The position numbers were made by a program, and so were the translations under genes. From an uncultured delta proteobacterium (GTDB lineage: Bacteria; Desulfobacterota; Binatia; HRBIN30; BPIQ01), in assembly GCA_963761335.1 (NCBI GenBank), contig CAVXGR010000021.1, positions 192,001-256,000 on the forward strand: a DNA stretch of 64,000 bases. Reading direction: 5' to 3'. The notes beneath the pieces are model-generated. The model searched no databases. It saw only the letters and a list, made by a program, of their open reading frames with translations, and was not told the DNA's origin. Positions 8,893 through 17,876 of this stretch are shown in pieces. The first letter of the stretch is position 1, and each line of letters starts with the position of its first letter.

Positions 8893-10248
8893 GTGACCTG
8901 GCTGATGACCACCTCGCGCGTCCCCACCTCTCTCGAGGAGGTGAGCGTGCGCGGAGAGGAGGTCGAGCCCGCCGCGGTTGGCGCCGAGGCGGCCGGGGTC
9001 GAAGGTATCTGGCAGGCGGTGGAGCGGCTCTACCGCAGTGGCATTCATCCGGCGATCCAGGTGTGCGTCCGCCGCCACGGCCAGATCGTCCTCGATCGCG
9101 CCATCGGCTACGCCCGCGGCAACGGGCCCAACGATCCGCCCGAGGCGAAGAAGGTGCCGGTCGCTCTCGACACGCCGTTCACGATCTTTTCCGCCTCCAA
9201 GGCGGTCACGGCGATGGTCGTGCACCTGCTCGATCAGAAGAACCTGATTCGCCTCGACGATCCGGTGTGCGAGTACATTCCCGAGTTCGGGGTGCGCCGG
9301 AAGCAGTGGATCACCATCCGCCACGTGCTCGCCCATCGCGCCGGCATACCGAGCCTGCCGCCGGACGTCATGCAGCTCGATCGCCTGCGCGACTGGGACG
9401 GCATCGTTCAGCGGCTCTGCGAGGCCGAGCCGACGTGGCGCGCGGGGCGGCAGCTCGCCTATCACGCGATGACCGGCGGCTTCCTCCTCGGCGAGGTTGT
9501 GCGCCGGGTTACCGGGGACGACATCCGCACTGTGCTCGACCGCGAGATCCGCCGTCCCCTGCGGCTGCGCTGGCTCGGCTACGGCGTCCACGGCCGCGAG
9601 CTGGCGAAGGTGGCCCACAACTACTTCACCGGTCCGCCGCCGCTGCCGCCGCTGTCGACCGTCCTGCAGCGGGCCCTGGGCGTCGGCTTTCGCCAGGCAG
9701 CGGAGATGTCCAACGACCGGCGCTTCCTCGAGGGAATCGTTCCCTCCGGCAACGTCGTCACCACGGCGCGCGAGCTCAGCCGCTTCTACGAGATGCTGCT
9801 GAACGGCGGAGAGGTCGACGGCGTCCGCATCTTCGATCGGCGCACCATTCGCCGGGCGATCTCGGAGCAGTCGTATCTCGAGTTCGACCTCACGATCGGC
9901 CTGCCGCTGCGCTACGGGATGGGCTTCATGCTCGGCGGCAAGTGGCTGGGCCCCTACGGGCCCGACACGCAGTACGCCTTCGGACATCTGGGCTTCACCA
10001 ACATCGTCTCCTGGGCGGATCCCGAGCGCGGTCTGGCGGCGGCGATTCTGACCAGCGGCAAGCCGCTGCTCTATCCGCAGCTCTATTATGCCCTCGACGT
10101 GCTCTGGCAGATCGGGCGGGTCTTCACCAAGGAGACCGGTCAGCCGCTGCGCGGCGCCGTCCGGCGGCGCGCCCAGGCACGTTCTCGCGGAGGCCGCCGC
10201 CGCCGTCCCGGAGCAGCGGCAGCAGCTCGGTCACGTCGGCAGCGCTGA
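8893..10248 (+). CDS. Beta-lactamase-family serine hydrolase (LipE-like esterase)
   Basis: FSASK (SxxK), LAHRAG, YHAMTGG and FGHLG motifs. Start uncertain (GTG 8893 or ATG 8905). Confidence 0.88.
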   Translation: MTWLMTTSRVPTSLEEVSVRGEEVEPAAVGAEAAGVEGIWQAVERLYRSGIHPAIQVCVRRHGQIVLDRAIGYARGNGPNDPPEAKKVPVALDTPFTIFSASKAVTAMVVHLLDQKNLIRLDDPVCEYIPEFGVRRKQWITIRHVLAHRAGIPSLPPDVMQLDRLRDWDGIVQRLCEAEPTWRAGRQLAYHAMTGGFLLGEVVRRVTGDDIRTVLDREIRRPLRLRWLGYGVHGRELAKVAHNYFTGPPPLPPLSTVLQRALGVGFRQAAEMSNDRRFLEGIVPSGNVVTTARELSRFYEMLLNGGEVDGVRIFDRRTIRRAISEQSYLEFDLTIGLPLRYGMGFMLGGKWLGPYGPDTQYAFGHLGFTNIVSWADPERGLAAAILTSGKPLLYPQLYYALDVLWQIGRVFTKETGQPLRGAVRRRAQARSRGGRRRRPGAAAAARSRRQR

Positions 10249-12025
10249 CCGTGCCGTCTTGGTTCACGTCTGGAGCAACTGCAGCCTGCGGCTGAAAGAG
10301 CGCCTGTAGCAGCGTCTCGAGGTCGGCGCCGTCGACGGTGCCGCTGCCGTCGACGTCGCCGCGCAGCGGCGTCGCCTCGGGGGAGGCGCTCGGCGTCGCC
10401 GAGCTCTCGGGCGTCTGTGTCGGCGGGGCGGTGATCGTCGGCGAACCGGTTGCAGTGGCGGAGGTGGTTGCGGTGCTCTCCGGAGTCGCCGGAACCGTCG
10501 GCGAGGGCGACGACGAGAGGCTCGGTGTCGGTGAGGCGGTCGCCACCGCCGAGAAGGTCGCAGTGGAATCGGGAGTGGCGCTCTTGGTGGCGGACGGCGT
10601 CGATGTGGTGCTGGCGGTGGCGGTGGCGGTGGCAGTGGCGGTGGCACTGCGGCTCGGGCTCGGCGACGGAGTCGTGTTGGACGTCGCCGTCGGTGTCGCG
10701 GTGGCGACCGAGGTCGCGGAGGTCGTGCGGGTCGCCGTTGCCGCGGTGGTGCGGGTCCGAGTGATCGTCGCCGGAGGCGTGGCCGTGGTCGTGGGGATCG
10801 GCGTTGCCGTGCGGGAGGCCGTCGGCGTGATCGTCGGTGTCCGGGTCGCGGTAGGGGTCGCGGTGGGTGTAACCGTCGCGGTCGGGGAGGCGGTCGCCGT
10901 GCGCGTGCGCGTTGCGGTGGGTGTCTGCGTCGCCGTACGGGTGGCGGTTGCCGTCTGTGTGACTGTCGGCGTGACGGTCGCCGTGGGCGTGGCGGCAGCA
11001 CAGCCCGGAGCCATGGCAATGCCCAGGGGCGCCGTACCGACGTCGATCGTTTTGAGGACCGTTCTGGTCGCCGTGTCGATCACCGAGACGGTGTTGGATT
11101 CGGCGTTGCTGACGTAGGCGAAGGCGCCGTCGGCGCGGAAGGCGACGTCGACCGGTCCGCTGCCGACGGGGATAACGGTGACCACGTCTCCACTGCTGGT
11201 GTCGATTACGGTGACCGTGCCCGAGTCGGCGTTGGTCACGTAGGCAGAGGCGCCGTCTGGAGAGAAGGCGACGCCGATCGGGCTGGCCTGTGTCGGGATG
11301 TTGCTCATCGACGTGCCTGTGGCCGTATCGACCACGCTGAGGTTGCCATCGACGATCAGATTCGGGTCGGCGACACAGTTGGCGTTGAAGCCGCACTGGT
11401 TGGTGACGTAGGCGAGTGGCAGGGTCGGGTGGACGGCGATCCCCTGTGGCAGGAGGCCCACGTCGATCGCCGCCGCGGTGCTGCGATCGGCAGTGTGGAT
11501 CGGAGTGACGGTTCCCGACAGGCAGGAGTCGGGATCATCGCCGCAGGCGTTGGTGACGAACGCCGTGGCGCCGTCCGGCGAGAAGGCGACGGCGATCGGG
11601 ATTGTGCCGACCGCGATCAGCGGTCCGGGGGTGTTGGTATCGACGTCGATGACGGCAACGGCGTCGGCCATGGGCAGGGTGACGTAGGCGACGCCGCCTC
11701 CGGGACGCAGGGCAATATTGGAGGGCCGGTCGGTGAGCAGGATCTCGGCGATCGCGGCGCGCGTCACGGTGTCGACCACGGAGACGCTGTCGGCGTCGAA
11801 GTTGGTGACGTACAGCCGGCTGCCATCGGCGTTGGGGGCGATATCCACCGGCACGTGCGGCGTGTCGATGGTGTCGACGACCGTGTTGTCGCTTGCGGCG
11901 ATCACGGAAATCGAGTCGAGATTGGCGACGAACACGCACTCGTCGGCGCTCGCCGCCGCCGGGCAGACGAGAATCACCACCGCCAGCGCCAGGACTTCAC
12001 GCGCCGCTCTCCGATGTCTGCGCAT
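10124..12025 (-). CDS. Secreted YVTN/YncE beta-propeller protein with long Thr/Pro/Ala linker and dockerin-like tail
   Basis: Signal peptide; repeated AFSPDG..AYVTN..S.TVSVID blades; about 200-aa TPTAT linker; GDVDGSGTVDGAD and DVNQDGTVSAAD. Confidence 0.85.
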   Translation of the reverse strand: MRRHRRAAREVLALAVVILVCPAAASADECVFVANLDSISVIAASDNTVVDTIDTPHVPVDIAPNADGSRLYVTNFDADSVSVVDTVTRAAIAEILLTDRPSNIALRPGGGVAYVTLPMADAVAVIDVDTNTPGPLIAVGTIPIAVAFSPDGATAFVTNACGDDPDSCLSGTVTPIHTADRSTAAAIDVGLLPQGIAVHPTLPLAYVTNQCGFNANCVADPNLIVDGNLSVVDTATGTSMSNIPTQASPIGVAFSPDGASAYVTNADSGTVTVIDTSSGDVVTVIPVGSGPVDVAFRADGAFAYVSNAESNTVSVIDTATRTVLKTIDVGTAPLGIAMAPGCAAATPTATVTPTVTQTATATRTATQTPTATRTRTATASPTATVTPTATPTATRTPTITPTASRTATPIPTTTATPPATITRTRTTAATATRTTSATSVATATPTATSNTTPSPSPSRSATATATATATASTTSTPSATKSATPDSTATFSAVATASPTPSLSSSPSPTVPATPESTATTSATATGSPTITAPPTQTPESSATPSASPEATPLRGDVDGSGTVDGADLETLLQALFQPQAAVAPDVNQDGTVSAADVTELLPLLRDGGGGLRENVPGRAAGRRRAAADRSPW

Positions 12026-12096
12026 GGGAAGGCGGTGCCCGGGAGCGCCATCGCCTGCTCGCTTTCCGCGGCCGGGCGGACGCTGCCGGGAGTAGC

Positions 12097-12528
12097 CTAT
12101 TCCGCCGTGAGTGCCTGGCGGATCGTCTGCAGGATGAAGAGGAAGTCCCGCTGGCTCTGCACCGGTCCCAGCAAGGCGACCTTTTCGAGGGCACTGAGCT
12201 CGCCGCGGGTGATGCCATGCCGGGTGTGCAGGCGCCGGTTTCCCTTGAAGCGGTCCCAGGCGGAGCGATCGACGTCGCGGTCGGGCGCGACCACCTGGCG
12301 CACTTGCGGGTTGGCGATCAGGAAGAGCTCCTGGGCATCGAGGTCGAGAGCCTTGGCCAGCCGCAGGAGGAGCGCCGGGCTCGGCCGGCGCGCTCCCGAT
12401 TCGAGATAGCCGATATAGTTGGGCCGGCAGCCAGCGCGCGAGGCCACTTCGACCTGCGTCATCTCCAGCTGGCGCCGCCGGCGCTTGAGTACGGATCCGA
12501 GAGTTAGCTTCTGTCGCGAGCCTGCCAT
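12097..12528 (-). CDS. XRE-family helix-turn-helix transcriptional regulator
   Basis: LKRRRRQLEMTQVEVASRAGCRPNYIGYLESGARRPS...LAKALD; the ATG overlaps the upstream TAA (TAATG). Confidence 0.88.
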   Translation of the reverse strand: MAGSRQKLTLGSVLKRRRRQLEMTQVEVASRAGCRPNYIGYLESGARRPSPALLLRLAKALDLDAQELFLIANPQVRQVVAPDRDVDRSAWDRFKGNRRLHTRHGITRGELSALEKVALLGPVQSQRDFLFILQTIRQALTAE

Positions 12529-13304
12529 TAGATACCCACCACGTGAAGGGCTGCTGCCCTGACTTTTGCGAAGTGAATCATACTGGACATGTAATAGAAA
12601 CGACGAGCTACGGGAAGTCCACTTGCCGCACTCAGATCGGCGCCATAGTGCCGGCTCAGGTGCTGTTGCACGGCGGCGACTCCATCCGCCCCCTTCTCTT
12701 TCAGTCCGCTGAAGTTGCGCGGCCAGCCGCGGCGGGTGAAGAGCTCGCGGGCGGCGTCCGCGGGGTAGGCGGCGACGGTGGCAAAGACGTCGGCGAAGAG
12801 CTCTCGGGGATCGCGCAGGTGGGCGGCGAACTCGGCATTGTAGAACGGTTTCGTACCGGACGCCCGCGGACGGAGAACGTCGTCCCAGAGCGCGTGCCCG
12901 ACCTCGTGCCCGAGGGTTGCGGCCACTGCTGTGGGCACGTGGCCGACGTTGAGCCAGATCAGTCGATCGCCGGAGTCGTGATGGTAGAAGCCGCGCAGCG
13001 GATGCCCTGCCTTCCCGTACCGGCTCATGCGCACCTGCACCTGATGGCAGGCGACGCGCTCCACGGTGTCGTCGAACTGGAGCGGTTGCCGGTTGAATTC
13101 CGGGAAGACCTTGCGGGCCTCTTCCTCGAGCCGGACGAGCGGCAGATCGCCGGCGCGGGCGAAGCGATCGACCGCCGCGGCGTAGTCGGACCCCAGGATC
13201 CAGCGCAGATCGCGCAGCCGCGCCTTCCACGACGCCGAGGGGCGCGGGCGAAAAGCGAAGGCGCGCAGGATATCGTTGATCAGATCGTCGACGTCGGCTG
13301 CCAA
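12528..13304 (-). CDS. ImmA/IrrE-like zinc metallopeptidase (HExxH)
   Basis: GFYH...IWLNV...TLGHEVGHALW...ELFADVFA; likely TTG start at 13304 after GGGAG. Confidence 0.65.
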   Translation of the reverse strand: MAADVDDLINDILRAFAFRPRPSASWKARLRDLRWILGSDYAAAVDRFARAGDLPLVRLEEEARKVFPEFNRQPLQFDDTVERVACHQVQVRMSRYGKAGHPLRGFYHHDSGDRLIWLNVGHVPTAVAATLGHEVGHALWDDVLRPRASGTKPFYNAEFAAHLRDPRELFADVFATVAAYPADAARELFTRRGWPRNFSGLKEKGADGVAAVQQHLSRHYGADLSAASGLPVARRFYYMSSMIHFAKVRAAALHVVGI

Positions 13305-13368
13305 CTGCGTCTCCCGAGAACCGCCTGGGCGGCGGCAGCAGAGGTTTAGGGCTGGCGCCGGCGATCTG

Positions 13369-13632
13369 TCAAGACGAGCTGTCCGTCTCCGCCTCCCGGC
13401 CGACGACCGGCGGCTCTCGACGCGCCCCGAGGCGGAGCCCGAGAGAGATGAGCTCTTCGGAAAGGACCTCGAACCGACTGCGCAGCTCATCGGAAGTGGA
13501 ACGGTTGGCGAGGGAGCGAATGCGGTTGGCGGTTTCGCGGAGCCGGAAGATGACCATGCCGACCAGCTCGCGCTCGTCGATGGTGGGCTCGTTCATGGAT
13601 GATCCACCCGGTGGCTCAGCTGTGACAGCCAT
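13369..13632 (-). CDS. Small helical hypothetical protein
   Basis: 87-aa ORF with GAGGGG upstream, same strand as and directly upstream of the peptidase; amphipathic helical pattern. Confidence 0.5.
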   Translation of the reverse strand: MAVTAEPPGGSSMNEPTIDERELVGMVIFRLRETANRIRSLANRSTSDELRSRFEVLSEELISLGLRLGARREPPVVGREAETDSSS

Positions 13633-13863
13633 TCACCCCTCGTGATGCCTACGGTAGCGGGAGATGTTGGCATCGTCAAGCGAGGGGCTCTCCGCGGCCG
13701 TTGTCGGTCACCTTGAGCTCGTCGCCGAGGATCGACAGGTCGTTGACGCTACGTCGCCGCGCAGCCGCTTGCGGCCGGGACGGCCGCGCTCCGAAGAAAG
13801 AGCGGAGGCGGCCGCTCCCAGCGGCTGGCGGGTGTGTAAGCGCGATGCTAATCCCACTGCTGG

Positions 13864-15381
13864 ATGCACCCGCTGCGCTTCTCGATTCTCCTCCTGGCGT
13901 TCTCCCTGATGGCGACCCTCGCGGCTCCCGCGGAGCATCCGCCGGGCTGCGCCGATATGGCGGGGACGGTGAGCCGCGCGCTGATGGAGCGTCCCCTGGG
14001 CCTGACGGACGCCGCCGGGCACATGCATCAGCAGGTCAGCACCAGATCGGCTGAGGCGCAGGCCTACTACGATCAGGGCATCGCCTTTCTGAGCTCGTAC
14101 GTCTGGATCGAGGCGGCGCGCTCCTTCAATGAGGCGCTCCGCCGCGATCCCGATCTGGCGATGGCGCATCTCGGCCTCGCCAAGGCCTACTACGGGGCGC
14201 AGTCGTCTGCGGATGCCTGGGACCATCTGCGCCGCGCCCAGGCGCTGGCGGCGACGACTCCTGTTACCGCCAAGGAGAGGGCATGGATCGCCCTTGGCGT
14301 GCAGCAGATGGAGGCGATCGAGGCACCGGAGGACAAACGGGAGGAGAAGCATCGCGCCTACAAGCGCGCCATCGAGGCCCTCATTCAGATGGATCCGTCC
14401 GACGCCCATGCCTGGGTGCTGCGCGGCAACGCCGAAGAGGCCGGTGCCTGGGGGCGCGGCCAGGCGGGGGGGGTGGCCTCGATTGCCTTCTACGAAACGG
14501 CGCTGCAGCGCGACCCGCACGATCTGGCGGCGCACCACTACCTGGTGCATTCGTACGAGAACATCGGCGACTACGCCCGCGCCGCGGAGCACGGCCGGGC
14601 CTACGCCGAGGCGGCCCCGGGGGTGGGCCACGCCCAGCACATGTACGCGCACGTGCTGCCGCGACTGGGCCGTTGGCAGGAGGCGCTCGAGCAGCTCCTC
14701 AAGGCCGATCGCGTCGAGAGGGAATGGTATGCCCGCGAGGACATCGCCCCGGGCGAGGACTGGCATCACGGCCACAATCTCCACCTTCTCGGGGTCGTCT
14801 ACGCCCACCTCGGCCGCGACGCCGATGCCGAGAAGGCGCTGCGCGAGGCCTTCGCGCTGCCGCCGCGGGGAATGTTCGCCGGCGTCTACGGCAGTCCGTT
14901 TGTGCAGTACCTGCTCGTGCGCCAGCGCTGGAACGAGGCGTTGCAGGCGGCGCAGCAGCTGGAGAAGGAGCCCTCGGCGTTTGCCCATCTCGCCGGTGCG
15001 GCTCTCGCCGGCGAGGCGCAGCTCGGGCTCGGTCGCCGCGGCGATGCCGCGCAGAGCCTGGCGCGGGCGCAGCGCGCCCAGGCAGCTCTGCTGCAGGAGG
15101 TGAAGGATACTCCCTACGAGGGGTTCGTGCCCGGCTACGCCGGCCCCTACGTGGAAACGCTCGCCGGCGAGCTCGCTCTGGGCGGTGCCGCCGCCGCCGC
15201 CGGCGAGAAGCAGCTGCTGTCGATGGCCGATGCGATCTCGTCGAGCCCGCGGCTCGACGCCTGGGCCGACGGATTGTTCCGCCTGCAGCGGGTTGCCGCC
15301 GCCGCGGCGCGCGCCGGCCGCCTGCCGCTGGCCGCCGCCATCCGCGAGCGCATTCGCCGCATCGATCCGGCTGCAAAGTAG
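13864..15381 (+). CDS. Exported tetratricopeptide-repeat protein
   Basis: Signal peptide; AQAYYDQG, EAARSFNEALRRDPDLAMAHLGLA and AAHHYLVHSYE...HAQHMYAH helical repeats. Confidence 0.8.
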   Translation: MHPLRFSILLLAFSLMATLAAPAEHPPGCADMAGTVSRALMERPLGLTDAAGHMHQQVSTRSAEAQAYYDQGIAFLSSYVWIEAARSFNEALRRDPDLAMAHLGLAKAYYGAQSSADAWDHLRRAQALAATTPVTAKERAWIALGVQQMEAIEAPEDKREEKHRAYKRAIEALIQMDPSDAHAWVLRGNAEEAGAWGRGQAGGVASIAFYETALQRDPHDLAAHHYLVHSYENIGDYARAAEHGRAYAEAAPGVGHAQHMYAHVLPRLGRWQEALEQLLKADRVEREWYAREDIAPGEDWHHGHNLHLLGVVYAHLGRDADAEKALREAFALPPRGMFAGVYGSPFVQYLLVRQRWNEALQAAQQLEKEPSAFAHLAGAALAGEAQLGLGRRGDAAQSLARAQRAQAALLQEVKDTPYEGFVPGYAGPYVETLAGELALGGAAAAAGEKQLLSMADAISSSPRLDAWADGLFRLQRVAAAAARAGRLPLAAAIRERIRRIDPAAK

Positions 15382-15404
15382 AAGCGGCGCTCCCTCCCCG
15401 TCTT

Positions 15405-15499
15405 TGGCGGAAAGGGGAGGGAGTCGAACCCTCCATCCCGCGCAAGCGGGACGACGCGGTTTTGAAGACCGGCCGGGCCACCGGGCCCGTTCCCTCTCC
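15405..15499 (-). tRNA. selC: tRNA-Sec (anticodon UCA)
   Basis: 95 nt; 8-bp acceptor stem GGAGAGGG/CCCTTTCC plus GCCA; 6-bp D stem with 4-nt loop; CTTCAAA anticodon loop; long variable arm; GAGGG-TTCGACT-CCCTC T arm. Confidence 0.95.
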
Positions 15500-15681
15500 A
15501 CACGCTGGCGCAGAGACTCGAGGAGACTAGGAGAACGGCGCCGGGAGTCAACCCGGCAGACGATCGGCCATGTGGTCTATCTCTGCTGGTGGTAAACAGT
15601 TTTGTGCAGCTGCTGACAGCTCGATGACGACCTTTCGGGAGATGCCACGCCGCCCCCTTGAGCTGTCCGTCGCCAGGGCTC

Positions 15682-15697
15682 TGGCATGCTCCGTGCG
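15682..15697 (+). promoter_or_regulatory. Candidate sigma54 -24/-12 promoter
   Basis: TGGCATGCTCCGTGCG (GG-N10-GC), about 110 bp upstream of the kinase at 15809. Confidence 0.4.
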
Positions 15698-15808
15698 ATA
15701 TCGTAGGCACGAATGGACAGCCATGTCGCCCCGCGAGCACTCACGAGCGATCCGCGAATCTGCCGCTGTGCAGGAAGCCCATAAGAACCACGGGGGTTCA
15801 GCAGAATC

Positions 15809-17869
15809 ATGACCCAAACCAACATTCTGGTCGTCGAAGACGAAGGGATCACCGCACGGGATCTGCAGATGCGTCTGAACCGTCTCGGCTATGGGGTGAC
15901 GGGGCTGGCGCACAGCGCCGAGGAGGCCATCGCCTGCGCCGCGGAGACCCATCCGGATCTGGTGCTCATGGACATCGGGCTGCCGGGCAAGATGGACGGT
16001 GTCGAGGCCGCCGCAATGCTGCGGTCCCGGTTCGGCATTCCGGTCACCTACCTCACGGCGCACTCGGATGAGGAGACCCTCGAGCGGGCCCGGGCGACCT
16101 CCCCCTACGGATTCGTACTGAAGCCGTTTGAGGAGCGGGAGCTGCACGCCACCATCCAGATGGCGATGCGCCGGCACCGCGTCGAGAAGGACGCGGAGGA
16201 GGCGCACCGCTGGCTCGCCGCGATTCTCTCTTCGATCGAGGACGGCGTCATTGCCACGCATCAGCGGGGCGGGATCTGCTTCATGAATCCGGTTGCCGAG
16301 GCGCTGACTGGCTGGACGCAGAGAGATGCCCTGGGCCGCGGCATTGGCGAGGTGCTCTGCGTCGCTTCCGATGCCGGCGGCATGCTGCCGGTGCCGGCGG
16401 CGGGCGACGCGGATGCGCACCGCTCCTGGGAGACCGAGATCATCTCCCGGGACGGCCACCGCCTGGAAGTCGAGGCGAGCGTCGCGGTCGTGCGCGAGGA
16501 GGACGGCGAGGCGGGAGGGTTGGTGTGGGCGTTCCGCGACATTCGCCGCCGCAAGCGGGCAGAGGCGAGCCTGAAGCGGCGTGCCGAGGTCTCCGCGGCT
16601 CTGGCGCGCGTCAGCCGCGAGGTGATCGGCTCGCTCGACAGCCGCGCGCTGCTCGAAAATCTCTGCCGAGTCACCACGGCGGTGATGCACTGCGATTTCA
16701 GCCATACCTGGCTGTGGAACCCCGAGGAACGGGTCTACGAGGCAGTGGCTGGGTCCGGCGAGCACGGCGAGCAGTGGGAATCGATCCAGGCGCTGAAGAT
16801 CCCGCGCGCCCTGGTCGCCGACCTGGCCGAGCGTCTGGAGTGCGACGGTATTGCCGAGATTCGCTCCACCGATCCGCAAAACCTGGTCCCCGCGGCGCTG
16901 CCGCTGCGATATGGCGTCTCCGTGGCCATGTACATCGCCCTGCGCCGGGGGGGAGAGATGATCGGCATTCAGATGGTCGGCTTCAGCGGCCACGAGCAGC
17001 GGTTCTCGAAATCGCAGCATCACATCGCCGTGGGCATCGGGCAGCTGGGCTCTCTGGCCCTGGAGCACGCCCGGCTGAGGGAGGAGGTCGACTGGACCAG
17101 TCGACTGAAGTCCGACTTCATGGCGACGCTCTCGCACGAGCTGCGCCAGCCGCTGAACGTGGCGATGCTCAACACGCAGCTGCTGCTCGAGAATGGGTGC
17201 GGCGCGCTGAACGCCCAGCAGGCGGCCTCGATTCGCTCGCTCCACGAGCGGCTGCAGCGCATGGAGGAGCTGATTCACGAGACCCTCGACCTGAGCCGGC
17301 TCGAGCGGCAGAGGCAAATTCCGATCAATACGAGCGAGGTTCGGGTTTCCGATCTGCTGGCGCTCATCGCCGCCGACATCGGCGACACCTGGAGCAAGCC
17401 CGCAGTGGAGGTGCAGTGGCGCGTCGAGGACGAGGTGCCGGCGCTGCTCACCGACGCGGTGAAGCTGAAGGTGGTGATCAAGAACCTGGTGGTGAACGCG
17501 CTGAAGTACACCGACAGCGGCACGGTAGCGGTGACGGCCCGGCCCTGCGCCGAGGGGTGCGAGTTCGAGATCCGCGACACCGGCAGCGGCATCGCGCCCG
17601 AAGCGCACGCCGGCATCTTCGAGCCCTTTTGCCAGTACAACCCCGATCATCCGAGCACCTCGGAGGGTGTCGGCCTGGGACTCTACATCGTGCGCCGCAT
17701 GCTCGAGCTGCTCGGCGGCTCGATCGAGCTGCAGAGCGAGGTCGGATGCGGCTCCACCTTCCGCGTGCGGGTGCCGCGGCGGATTCCCGGTTCGCGTCGG
17801 TGGAGCGGCGGCTTCGATCCGGTGGAGGGCTGCGGGCGGCCCTTGGCGCCGATCTCCGTGGCCCGCTGA
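15809..17869 (+). CDS. Hybrid sensor histidine kinase (REC-PAS-GAF-HisKA-HATPase)
   Basis: ILVVEDE...DLVLMDI...KPF receiver; FMNPVAEALTGW PAS; SHELRQPL H-box; NALKYT, DTGSGI and GVGLGL. Confidence 0.92.
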   Translation: MTQTNILVVEDEGITARDLQMRLNRLGYGVTGLAHSAEEAIACAAETHPDLVLMDIGLPGKMDGVEAAAMLRSRFGIPVTYLTAHSDEETLERARATSPYGFVLKPFEERELHATIQMAMRRHRVEKDAEEAHRWLAAILSSIEDGVIATHQRGGICFMNPVAEALTGWTQRDALGRGIGEVLCVASDAGGMLPVPAAGDADAHRSWETEIISRDGHRLEVEASVAVVREEDGEAGGLVWAFRDIRRRKRAEASLKRRAEVSAALARVSREVIGSLDSRALLENLCRVTTAVMHCDFSHTWLWNPEERVYEAVAGSGEHGEQWESIQALKIPRALVADLAERLECDGIAEIRSTDPQNLVPAALPLRYGVSVAMYIALRRGGEMIGIQMVGFSGHEQRFSKSQHHIAVGIGQLGSLALEHARLREEVDWTSRLKSDFMATLSHELRQPLNVAMLNTQLLLENGCGALNAQQAASIRSLHERLQRMEELIHETLDLSRLERQRQIPINTSEVRVSDLLALIAADIGDTWSKPAVEVQWRVEDEVPALLTDAVKLKVVIKNLVVNALKYTDSGTVAVTARPCAEGCEFEIRDTGSGIAPEAHAGIFEPFCQYNPDHPSTSEGVGLGLYIVRRMLELLGGSIELQSEVGCGSTFRVRVPRRIPGSRRWSGGFDPVEGCGRPLAPISVAR

Positions 17870-17876
17870 ACGCGCC

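Noticed and set aside
10380..11000. Repetitive GTCGCCGT/GGTGGC-rich DNA as a possible repeat array or CRISPR
   Set aside because: It encodes the Thr/Pro/Ala linker of the YVTN protein; there is no constant repeat-spacer period and no cas gene.
12097..15499. Genomic island integrated at selC
   Set aside because: No integrase, and no convincing duplicate of the tRNA 3' end found by eye; GGAAAGGACCTCGAACC near 13459 is too weak and lies inside an ORF.
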